Source: Anaerolineales bacterium (GTDB lineage Bacteria; Chloroflexota; Anaerolineae; Anaerolineales; UBA11579). From it: a stretch of 64,000 bases of DNA. The DNA lies in NCBI GenBank assembly GCA_016932165.1, contig JAFGDK010000103.1, positions 28,068-92,067 on the forward strand, written 5' to 3'. Shown piece after piece: positions 28,620-36,767 of the stretch; the stretch's first letter is position 1; each line of letters begins with the position of its first letter. The translations under genes were made by a program, and so were the position numbers. Under the pieces are notes generated by a model. It saw nothing but the letters and a program-made list of their open reading frames with translations. It made no database searches and was not told the DNA's origin.

Positions 28620-29876
28620 CTACACCGGCTTTAGCACCGCTACCGCCACCCCATGGATGCGGATGCAGTCTTCTTCTGCAAGCATCTGCTTGGGGAAAGC
28701 GACCTCGAAATCCTTGAAGGATGGATCTCTGCTTTCCGCCTTTATGATGATATCATCCTGCTGTTCGATATAACGTTTCAGGGTGGCTGGCAGTTTGTTG
28801 TCCACGCCTTCTACCGGGATCAATTTCGTTAATCCTTCGCTGATCTCGCCCTCCAGGCTTTGCGAGGTGAGGTCAAATACCAGCGCGGCAATATCCATAT
28901 GCAATGCAAAATTTTGCGCCCGGCAGACCACCAGATCACCATCATCGATCCCGGCAATATTCATGCTGGTCCCTCTGACTCGCAGGGCAAAATGCTCAGC
29001 GGATTGGGCCAGGTTGATCCGGCTTTCGCCCCGCTTGAGAGAGAGGACATCATATTCTTCCTCACCGATCCGCACCCGGGTGACTTCCACAAATTCATCC
29101 GGTTCCAGCCCGGGATGCACCGGATATTGAGCAGAGGGGACATAATCCAATAACGCCGAAAGTCCGGCAGGAATCTCCTCATAGACAGCAAAGAGTTCAA
29201 AAAAATTTTCAATCTTGATGGGAAATTCTGGTTTATGTTGTGAGGGCGATAGATCGGAGATCAGGTCTTCAGCAAAATCCAGTGATGTTGAGACCGTCAC
29301 GCCAGTCCCTGGAATCATATATAAATGAGGTAATTTATCATTCTCAATGGCGTATTCAAGCGCTTTGACCATAATCCTGATCTGTGACCGGTACCATTGG
29401 ATCTGATCCTTATTGGTCATGATGCTGGCGGCCAGGCTTTTAAAATGATTGATGCATTCCTGCCAGCGGTCGATGCCAACGTTATGCCTGCCGTGCGGCT
29501 GCAGCCACGATACAACTCCAAGCATCCAATTGACAACCGCAAAATAATGCACCTTCCCCCTGCCAATATCATGCATAGAAAAGTAGAACAGATCAGCCGC
29601 CTCGGAGATGTAGCCCAATTCCAATGCAATCTGGCCGCAGCGGCGCAGCGCCACCCCGCCCTCGAATTTATCCATCAATATCCGCTTGGATCTGATCCGC
29701 TCAATCTCCCGCCAAATCCGATCGGTATCATTGGATTTCTTTGCTTCTTCCAGGACCAGCAAAACTTGCTTGAGGTGTTCACTCAATCGGATTTTGTCGG
29801 TCACTAGGTCTGGGCTCCACCAGCGGGCTTCTGCAAATCCCACCCATTGATTGGCTATTTCCAGTTGGGTTGGCAT
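28620..29876 (-). CDS. protein with a C-terminal LexA/UmuD-like S24 serine autopeptidase domain and an uncharacterised ~280-aa N-terminal domain
   Basis: C-terminal LRVRGTSMNIAGIDDGDLVVC matches the S24 motif V-G-D/T-S-M-x-x-x-G-I-x-D-G-D-L-V-V. Downstream, DIAALVFD...TKL supplies the candidate catalytic Lys, and IHGVAVAVLKP matches the LexA terminal strand. I could not recognise an HTH in the N-terminal part. Confidence 0.6.
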   Translation of the reverse strand: MPTQLEIANQWVGFAEARWWSPDLVTDKIRLSEHLKQVLLVLEEAKKSNDTDRIWREIERIRSKRILMDKFEGGVALRRCGQIALELGYISEAADLFYFSMHDIGRGKVHYFAVVNWMLGVVSWLQPHGRHNVGIDRWQECINHFKSLAASIMTNKDQIQWYRSQIRIMVKALEYAIENDKLPHLYMIPGTGVTVSTSLDFAEDLISDLSPSQHKPEFPIKIENFFELFAVYEEIPAGLSALLDYVPSAQYPVHPGLEPDEFVEVTRVRIGEEEYDVLSLKRGESRINLAQSAEHFALRVRGTSMNIAGIDDGDLVVCRAQNFALHMDIAALVFDLTSQSLEGEISEGLTKLIPVEGVDNKLPATLKRYIEQQDDIIIKAESRDPSFKDFEVAFPKQMLAEEDCIRIHGVAVAVLKPV

Positions 29877-29877
29877 T

Positions 29878-31152
29878 TCATTCCTTCCCTTTCGTATCTT
29901 TCCTGTTTGAATCCTTCTTTGGATCCTTCTTCTCTTCTCCCCCAGTCATCTCACCGCTGTACAAACCAGACCAGGCATCTAGGATCTGTGCAGTACGCAG
30001 TTGAATCAGGGTCTCCAAATCCTCCGCATCGTCAATCCGCAGATCTTCCAACGCATCAATGATCCCTTTGGTCATCTCTGCCTGGGAAATTGAACGCACC
30101 GCATCCTGACGGGCGTATTCGTAAGCTTTGCCTTCCGCTTCAAGCACCATAATCTCTCCCTGCTTGGTTTTTTTCCAGCGGTTGAACCAGAAATCTTCAA
30201 TTTCTTGATCGTCGAATTTAAACACCGCGAATTCAACACTAAGCAACCGGGCCCCAATCTCCTTCAATTGCTCTCGCACTTCTGGTCCGTGCAACTCTTT
30301 GCGTAAAGCCTCCCGGGATGAAAGGGTGGCATCATGCGGGGTGAGAATTTGATCCACTGGCAAGCGATTGATATACTTTTTAATCGCCTCTTCGATAATC
30401 GTCTGGATCATCTCTGCCATCGTCAGATAAGATGTCTCAGATACAAGGCGGTTGGTTGCATATTTCCTGGCGGCCTCAACATAAGATTCGCCGCTGGCGG
30501 TATTCCCCCGGTCCTTGATCCAATCCGGCTCTCTTTCTCTCAGTTTAAATCTGAAGCGAACTCGGGGAACGATCACAGTGATCCCATCCATAGTAAGTGC
30601 CTTGATCTCATCTATCTCGTGGTAGTGATCATCAAGACTGAAGGTTTCCTGGATGAATTGATATCTGGTGATCGGATACTCGCCCTCCCCATAGACCTGG
30701 GATGTCCCCTCCAACTTTTCAAGAATAACAAGGTTTTGTGGAGAAACCTTCACATGCCCAGGACCGCCCATTTTGTCTATCAGGTTAACTTCACCGGCCT
30801 TGATCGCTTTTTTTCCGCGGTTGATCTTGATCGTTGGCTGAAGCGGGAAGGCCAATGTACAGTAAATGAAATATTCCAACGCCTCCCCCACCTTATCCAG
30901 CTCATACAGATCATTTAAATAACGGGCAGAACCGAACACAGAAACGCCCAAAGCGAGCAATACCACTGCCAGGTATCTTTCCAGCCTGAACCATGGCAAC
31001 CGCTGCCCAATGGAAAAGAATGAAATTCCAATCGCGATGAACACGGCAACAAATACTAAAATCCGCACAAAATAAGCCCCCATCCGGTCAGAAAAGAAGA
31101 ATTCAGGAATTGCGGTGGCCGCATTCTTAATAATAACTTTTACCCGGTTCAT
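29878..31152 (-). CDS. two-TM SPFH/band-7 family membrane protein (HflK/C-flotillin-like), paralogue 2
   Basis: Two N-terminal TM helices. An SPFH-like core (GGPGHVKV...ALTMDGITVIVPRVRFRFKL). C-terminal VLEAEGKAYEYARQDAVRSISQAEMTKGII resembles the HflK/prohibitin AEGEAEA coiled-coil region. A 1-nt gap separates it from the downstream gene. Confidence 0.55.
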   Translation of the reverse strand: MNRVKVIIKNAATAIPEFFFSDRMGAYFVRILVFVAVFIAIGISFFSIGQRLPWFRLERYLAVVLLALGVSVFGSARYLNDLYELDKVGEALEYFIYCTLAFPLQPTIKINRGKKAIKAGEVNLIDKMGGPGHVKVSPQNLVILEKLEGTSQVYGEGEYPITRYQFIQETFSLDDHYHEIDEIKALTMDGITVIVPRVRFRFKLREREPDWIKDRGNTASGESYVEAARKYATNRLVSETSYLTMAEMIQTIIEEAIKKYINRLPVDQILTPHDATLSSREALRKELHGPEVREQLKEIGARLLSVEFAVFKFDDQEIEDFWFNRWKKTKQGEIMVLEAEGKAYEYARQDAVRSISQAEMTKGIIDALEDLRIDDAEDLETLIQLRTAQILDAWSGLYSGEMTGGEEKKDPKKDSNRKDTKGKE

Positions 31153-32852
31153 ATGCTATCCCCTTGCTGCTTCTTCTCATCTGAAGAAAGTTTGAACCAA
31201 GCCCTAATATCTCCCAGCATCTTGACCATATTGGAGATTTCTTTATTGTTGGATCCTACTGTTGCCGCTTCCAGTGCCTGGAAGATCCGTAATATAAAGG
31301 CTGTTTTGGCTTTGTCGCTGGTAGTCAGCACATCACGCAGGGCATAGACAGTATCTTGCTGCACTCTCACTTTCGCCCGGCTGCGGATCAGGGCTGCCTC
31401 TTCCTGAAAACCGATCTCGGTCTTTGTAGCTTCTGAATTCCAGCGCGCTTTCAGGTTTTCAACAATCTGCGCCTTCACCTCTTGGTTATGCGGTTCAAGC
31501 GGACCAAAGCTGACGGATGTCACTGAAATTTCCCGTTTTCGCAGAGGACGAGGGAATTCGAGCCTGATCGGATTCTCAGTCAGCTCATGGAGATTGGAAA
31601 TCCGATCCCCCACCTTGACTTCCCCACCCCCAACCGGGACAACCAGTCTATACCCCAAAAAGCCGGATAGTTTTACTTCTTTTATAAAATCACGGCGAAG
31701 GTTTTCAATCGGGATTCGCTTCTTCTCTTCTAGCAAATCTATCGAGGAGATCCTGGTTTGGGCATCAACTGCCTCGTCATCTTCTAAAGGTTGTTCCATG
31801 TCCAAATAATCGGGGGGCGGCAGGAAAAGATCATCGAATGGATACAGGGCGATCATGTTGCTGAACTCTTCTATCGCCACCTGGATTGGCAGTTCGTACC
31901 ACATTACCATCTCACCGGTATCGGGCCGGCGCGGTTGATTCTTATAGCACTCCTGAACACGTTCCTGGTTGAACAATCCCGGGCTGTGGTAATCATCCAA
32001 CTCAAGGAGGGTGATCTCATCCAGATTTCCCGCTCTTAATTTCCGTACCACATTGATAACTTCGTTAAGCTCTTCATCTGGTAAACCACCCTGAACAATA
32101 TCGATGACCATATCCCCGCGCTCATCCAGCTCAAGGACACGCAAATCGTCCTTATCATCACCTTTTCCTGAGAGGGTCAGGTAAATGATCTCAGGCGGCG
32201 CACTGATAGAAAACTGTACCGAGATACTGGTATCAATCTCAATCCCATCTCGGGTCAGAAATGTCAGCGTGTCAGAAGTGCGGATCTGCTTACGCAGGTC
32301 CATGACCGCAGCAACCTTTTTCTTTGGCTGCCAGGTAAAGACCACCCCTGGACCATGCACCTTCGACCCAATCACCACCGCATTGTTGGAATACACCAGC
32401 GCCACACCAGGTCCTACTCTTTCTTTTTCACCCATGTGAGAGATGATCTTGCCGTCCTTCACAAAAATCAAAGGTCCGCGGTAGCCAATCATAAAGCCGC
32501 AAAAATTCAGGAACGCCTCCCAACGGTCTTTCCAGGAAGTTACCGGGAGCAGGAATTGAGAATTGAATAAATTGGCAACCAAAAGAGCCAGCATAAAAAT
32601 CCCTACTGCAGTCCACCATACCAGCCGGTATTCCCGGAAGACCTCCAGCTGAAGCAGCGAAGCGGGATCCCGAATACTGCGCAGACTTTTTACCGGATCA
32701 GCAAAAAATATCTTGGAGTTGATCATCCGGATCAGATTGTAGCGTGACAGATAGATGACCTCTTTGCCAAATAGAATCAAGGCAGCGATGATCCCCCCAA
32801 TCAGCCTGAGAATGAAATTCTTGATCCGCCGTATTCGTAGCCTTTTTTTCAT
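31149..32852 (-). CDS. two-TM SPFH/band-7 family membrane protein, paralogue 1 (long acidic C-terminal extension)
   Basis: Two N-terminal TM helices, then VGPGVALV...GPGVVFTWQPKKKVAAVMDLRKQIRTSDTLTFLTRDGIEIDTSISVQFSI. This matches the SPFH core pattern PGlhf.iP.....vd.r.q.....q...TkD.v.v.vd.vv.yrv. It overlaps the next gene by 4 nt. Confidence 0.5.
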   Translation of the reverse strand: MKKRLRIRRIKNFILRLIGGIIAALILFGKEVIYLSRYNLIRMINSKIFFADPVKSLRSIRDPASLLQLEVFREYRLVWWTAVGIFMLALLVANLFNSQFLLPVTSWKDRWEAFLNFCGFMIGYRGPLIFVKDGKIISHMGEKERVGPGVALVYSNNAVVIGSKVHGPGVVFTWQPKKKVAAVMDLRKQIRTSDTLTFLTRDGIEIDTSISVQFSISAPPEIIYLTLSGKGDDKDDLRVLELDERGDMVIDIVQGGLPDEELNEVINVVRKLRAGNLDEITLLELDDYHSPGLFNQERVQECYKNQPRRPDTGEMVMWYELPIQVAIEEFSNMIALYPFDDLFLPPPDYLDMEQPLEDDEAVDAQTRISSIDLLEEKKRIPIENLRRDFIKEVKLSGFLGYRLVVPVGGGEVKVGDRISNLHELTENPIRLEFPRPLRKREISVTSVSFGPLEPHNQEVKAQIVENLKARWNSEATKTEIGFQEEAALIRSRAKVRVQQDTVYALRDVLTTSDKAKTAFILRIFQALEAATVGSNNKEISNMVKMLGDIRAWFKLSSDEKKQQGDSI

Positions 32853-32915
32853 CTAAATAGTACTATCACTAGAGGCGCGCCAGACAGGTTGGTATTTCAT
32901 ACCGAATCAGAATAC

Positions 32916-32952
32916 CTGTTCTCATTTTAGGAAGATTTACCCCTTACGTCAA
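32916..32952 (-). promoter_or_regulatory. near-consensus sigma70 promoter TTGACG-N17-TAAAAT for the SPFH/S24 operon, followed by a 5'-UTR hairpin
   Basis: The minus strand reads TTGATTGACGtaaggggtaaatcttccTAAAATgag. -35 at 32947-32952 and -10 at 32924-32929. The inverted repeat CAGGTATT...AATACC..CCTG at 32880-32915 lies between the promoter and the start codon. Confidence 0.45.
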
Positions 32953-32985
32953 TCAAAACCAGCTTCCAGTTCTCCCCCAGATAAT

Positions 32986-34410
32986 TTACGAGACAAGCTT
33001 GAGCAGCGCCTGCCAGATGCGCACCATCGCCCAGGTGTCTAATTTGCAGTACGCCAGAAGGTGCTGCCGCATCTGATTATATGCAACTGAGTCCATTTCC
33101 CCAGACATCATCTCTGCCCAGGCCAGCATAGCAGCGTCCCCGCTGGAGATCACCAGCTCTTCATAGGACAGGTCTGGCGCCAGCACCGGAAGCACATTTT
33201 TAATCGAAGCGCTGCCATGGAAATCGGGGTGGAGATAATATCCTTTTGAAAAAACTTCCATCAGATCAAAAATCCGATCATTTGCCGAGTGCAGGCCTTC
33301 GGCATACTGGGGATGCAAAACCGCCATCTCCCGATTGCGTCCGGCCTCAAACGATCGGTTCCACACGATCACAGAGCCAGTAGGGCTTATCTTGTCCAGC
33401 AAATCAGCCGCCAGCCGCAGAGACGGGTCTTCTGGCTCCGTGGCCAGATACTCGTAATGAACTGGGGCAGACCCCAGCGCTTCAAATAGATGCAGCGAGT
33501 ATTGGAACACGATATGCTGGTGAGGTGCGTAGCCATCATACCAAGGTACAGCCGGGTTATAGGTCTCGTAGTCCAGAAAGGATAGCGGGAAAACCATCTG
33601 ATCCAGCGCCGCGATCAACTGATCATGGTCAATTACCGGCATTCCGGCCTTGACCACATCCGCGTGGCGCGCCTGGATTACGGTCAGATTAAAATCGGAG
33701 GGGATATCGACAATCGCGGTGATCCCGGCATCTCGCAAGGTTTTAGCCTTGCTCCCAATCCGAGGAAGATTATAGATGGAGTGGTTTGGCAGGTTTGGGT
33801 GACAGAGTTGCGGGCAAGGGCATTCTTTGGGTTTTAAACAGGTCTCAATCCCATCGGGAGAATCCGCCTTCGCTGTCTGCCAGGCCGCCTCCCGCCCTGC
33901 CTTAAGTTCCTCGCATAGTTCGATGATTGGGCCACTGACCTTCTCAATCACAAAAAGCGCGTCAAGTTCTACTTCTCCCTCCCGCCGGTACTGCTTGTTT
34001 AAGTGCAGCAAATAGGTATCCCGCACTTTGAAATTGGCTAATGCCACCAATCGCTGAAAAGCCGCATCCAGCAAGTGCTCCTTTCTGATCGAACTGCCGG
34101 ACTTGATCTCATAGATATCCCATGCATGCTCATCAGGATAATATACTGCCGCATCCAACCGGGCAAAAAAATGCCGGTCACCTAATTCGATCTCAAAATG
34201 CACCTGTGCATCGGGGTAGTCCTGACTGATTTTATTGCGCAAATAAACCTGGGCGCAATCCTGCACAGCCCGGCCCTGGGCCCTTAGATGCTGGTCAAAG
34301 GCTGAGGGTTCAACTTCTTCAAGCCGGTCGTGTTTTTCCGCCCACAGGTGCATGGGCGAGTCTAAATACAGCAGATAATCGGTTTTGGTGAGAATATTAG
34401 CCTTGTTCAA
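32986..34410 (-). CDS. DUF2779-family protein (PD-(D/E)xK nuclease-like N-domain plus a C-terminal exonuclease-like domain)
   Basis: N-terminus LTKTDYLLYLDSPMHLWAEKHDRLEEVEPSAFDQHLRAQGRAV matches the DUF2779 pattern SKSdfl.yl.CPk.LWL.kh.pe......e....f..G.evg. Length 474 aa. Confidence 0.55.
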   Translation of the reverse strand: MNKANILTKTDYLLYLDSPMHLWAEKHDRLEEVEPSAFDQHLRAQGRAVQDCAQVYLRNKISQDYPDAQVHFEIELGDRHFFARLDAAVYYPDEHAWDIYEIKSGSSIRKEHLLDAAFQRLVALANFKVRDTYLLHLNKQYRREGEVELDALFVIEKVSGPIIELCEELKAGREAAWQTAKADSPDGIETCLKPKECPCPQLCHPNLPNHSIYNLPRIGSKAKTLRDAGITAIVDIPSDFNLTVIQARHADVVKAGMPVIDHDQLIAALDQMVFPLSFLDYETYNPAVPWYDGYAPHQHIVFQYSLHLFEALGSAPVHYEYLATEPEDPSLRLAADLLDKISPTGSVIVWNRSFEAGRNREMAVLHPQYAEGLHSANDRIFDLMEVFSKGYYLHPDFHGSASIKNVLPVLAPDLSYEELVISSGDAAMLAWAEMMSGEMDSVAYNQMRQHLLAYCKLDTWAMVRIWQALLKLVS

Positions 34411-34798
34411 ATGCCGCTATCGCCTCCCGCCAGGATTCTGGCACTGGAATCGTCAGATCGTCTTGATAATCATATGCCACCAGCACGGTTTCAGCCGAGG
34501 CGTACAACGTCTTCTCCTCTAGGTCGACGATGCAGTGTTCAAAGGTCAGCGATTTGTTCCCGATGTAAGACACGCGTACCCCGACCTTGATCTGATCGTC
34601 CAGAAAGGCAGGTTTATGGTAGGTGATATGGATATCTACAATGATCACCCCGACATTGACAGACAGCCCCAGGCGCTTCCCATAGGCGATGCGGGCATCT
34701 TCCAGGAAGCTGAGGTATCGAGCATTGTTTACATGCTGACGCGTCCCCAAGTCAGCATAGCGTATGGCAACAGGATGGAAAAATTTAAACTCAATCAC
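34397..34798 (-). CDS. hotdog-fold acyl-CoA thioesterase (4HBT/YbgC family)
   Basis: FHPVAIRYADLGTRQHVNNARYLSFLE...thioesterase core. The ORF is open to 34939 with no internal ATG. The GTG at 34798 with upstream AAGG gives a typical ~134-aa product. 14-nt overlap with the DUF2779 gene. Confidence 0.6.
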   Translation of the reverse strand: MIEFKFFHPVAIRYADLGTRQHVNNARYLSFLEDARIAYGKRLGLSVNVGVIIVDIHITYHKPAFLDDQIKVGVRVSYIGNKSLTFEHCIVDLEEKTLYASAETVLVAYDYQDDLTIPVPESWREAIAAFEQG

Positions 34799-35203
34799 AA
34801 TATAGATTATACCTTGATCAATCTCACAACCTAGCAGCCTGATGGTGCTGGGACAGACAGCTGGTCTGATCCTCCTGCTCAATACCCGCGTTGCTGGGGT
34901 TCGCACTCTGGGGATGGCGACAATCACCTGGCTTTTCACCTGCGCCGACTGTTTATTTGCCGTCTGCTTTGCTGGATTGCTGAAAAAACGTGGGGGTGGC
35001 GCCCGCCGAACCCCCCACAGGTGCTGGTATTCATCATGGCTGCAATGATTCTATCCTGCACCTTTCAAATTTGTTAAGCCAGGGTTGATCACTGCCTACT
35101 ATAATAATCTATGCAGAGGGGGCATTTCTCTCAAATCGGGATTTATTCTGTATAAGCCCTCCCGTCTGACAAAACTATACGCAAATAATAGTGGAGGCAA
35201 GCC

Positions 35204-35353
35204 ATGAACGAGTTTGAACAGGTTGATGCACTGGTTGACCAAGTGAGAGGGAATTCATATTTCCTTCAGAAGATCCTCTTTGGAAGGGTGACCTTCATTG
35301 CACTGGGGATCGTTTCAGCTGTTTTTCTCATCGCTGCAATATCGACCCACTGA
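35204..35353 (+). CDS. possible 49-aa tail-anchored small membrane protein (below the ORF-track cutoff)
   Basis: ATG preceded by GTGGAGG at an 8-nt spacing. The product MNEFEQVDALVDQVRGNSYFLQKILFGRVTFIALGIVSAVFLIAAISTH has one C-terminal TM. A terminator lies ~95 nt downstream. Confidence 0.3.
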   Translation: MNEFEQVDALVDQVRGNSYFLQKILFGRVTFIALGIVSAVFLIAAISTH

Positions 35354-35447
35354 AGTTATCACTTAAGTTATTCAACATTTAGATTTACCATCCATTGTTG
35401 GGCAGTGAAACATGACACACCCCAAACTTAAACTTTGGGGAAATGAA

Positions 35448-35479
35448 ACGCACTGAGGTGATTTTCAGTGCGTTTTTTT
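35448..35479 (+). terminator. rho-independent terminator (ACGCACTGA-ggtgatt-TCAGTGCGT-TTTTTTT)
   Basis: Perfect 9-bp stem plus a T7 run. A second hairpin CCCCAAActtaaaCTTTGGGG lies at 35420-35440 just upstream. Confidence 0.7.
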
Positions 35480-36035
35480 GTATTTACAGCTTGATGCGCA
35501 GGTGCTAAATGCCCTGGTATAAATGTCAAGGTACGAAAAGGTTACAAAAGGTTACACTTTTTTATTATTTCTTGAAAGTTTTAAGCGGGTTGACTAACAC
35601 CAGGCTGGCTTTGTGGAATCCGGGGATTGAGGTTTGGGATTGGAAAGGGGCAGGAATGGCTGGCGATGAGGGATCCCGAACCTGATCCATATGCTGGTGG
35701 CGGAGAATCCATTGACTACATAACCCAATTTGCCACCTGAATACAAGCCTTAGCGATCCACCTGCTGCATCGGCCCCTCCCCCGAAGAAACTGGCATGCG
35801 CTTATGAACCATCTCCGGGGTGTGGGGTTGGGGTAAATCATGGGGCTCTCGCTTGTCTGGGATTAAATTCGGGGTGGGTCATGTTTAAATTCGTCTTAAA
35901 ACTCCAAATAAAACAACTATAATAGGAAACATTGGACAGCAGCCGGCAATCAGCTTGCGGGTTCAATCTTCCAGCTAAAGTGCCCACAGCCATTTTCCTC
36001 CGCGCGAGGACAAATACCGAGTTAAGCATAATACT

Positions 36036-36767
36036 ATGGATGAACAAAACCTGATCATTGAGACTTTCGAAGAACTTTCGCCACGCTACGAGCAGGTTGT
36101 TGATACAGAGTTAAGCCTATTTTGGGGATGGCGTTATCAAGACTTCGTGGAGACACTGCTTCGTGAAACTCCGATCACACCAAATGACCGCATCCTGGAT
36201 ATCGCCACCGGGACTGGCATGATCCCCAGAGCAATATCCCTGAATGGCTGCCCAGATAAACCTTTGCACGGCCTGGACATCACTTTCGGGATGCTCAATC
36301 GTGCCCGAAAGAAATTCAGCCAAGTAAATCCAGACGCCTCTTTCCAGTTGACCTGTGCATCGGCAATGGAAATGCCTTACGCGGCCAGCACGTTCAACCT
36401 GGCGATCTGCGGACTCGCCACCCACCACATGCATGTTCCAAGCCTGTTGTCCGAGATGTACCGAATTCTGGAACCTGAAGGCCGGGTTGCGGTTGCCGAT
36501 GTTGGCAGCTCTCCCCTTTGGAGAATTCCTGGGGTGAAACTCTTGCTCAGGATCGGTGCGCTGATCTTTTTCCTGATTAGAGAAAATTGGGAGCGCGCCT
36601 GGGCAGAAGCGCTGGCCGTTTCCAATATCCGCACCGGCGAGGAGTGGGCAGCCCTCCTTGCCGAGGCTGGCTTTACCATGATTTCAATTCAACGGCTGCA
36701 GTCAAAACACAGGTGGATCCCAGATCCATTGATCATGCATGCCCAAAAACCAGGGAGTGAGAAATGA
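36036..36767 (+). CDS. class I SAM-dependent methyltransferase (UbiE/COQ5-type, methyltransf_11-like)
   Basis: ILDIATGTGMIP motif I. LDITFGML and MYRILEPEGRVAVAD post-I/II motifs. Confidence 0.75.
   Translation: MDEQNLIIETFEELSPRYEQVVDTELSLFWGWRYQDFVETLLRETPITPNDRILDIATGTGMIPRAISLNGCPDKPLHGLDITFGMLNRARKKFSQVNPDASFQLTCASAMEMPYAASTFNLAICGLATHHMHVPSLLSEMYRILEPEGRVAVADVGSSPLWRIPGVKLLLRIGALIFFLIRENWERAWAEALAVSNIRTGEEWAALLAEAGFTMISIQRLQSKHRWIPDPLIMHAQKPGSEK

Noticed and set aside
32853-32985. Considered the inverted repeat GGTATTT...AATACC as a terminator for the DUF2779 gene
   Set aside because: No U-tract follows. It sits downstream of a good -35/-10 pair, so it is more likely a 5'-UTR or operator element of the SPFH operon.
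35660-35720. tRNA-like GGTTCG(G)GATCC motif (minus strand)
   Set aside because: The flanking sequence cannot be folded into a T-arm with a 5-bp stem and 7-nt loop, and no acceptor/CCA context is present. Not a tRNA.
35880-36035. Checked for a SAM riboswitch ahead of the methyltransferase gene
   Set aside because: No SAM-I/SAM-II-like conserved stems were recognised by eye. Left as an unexplained long leader.
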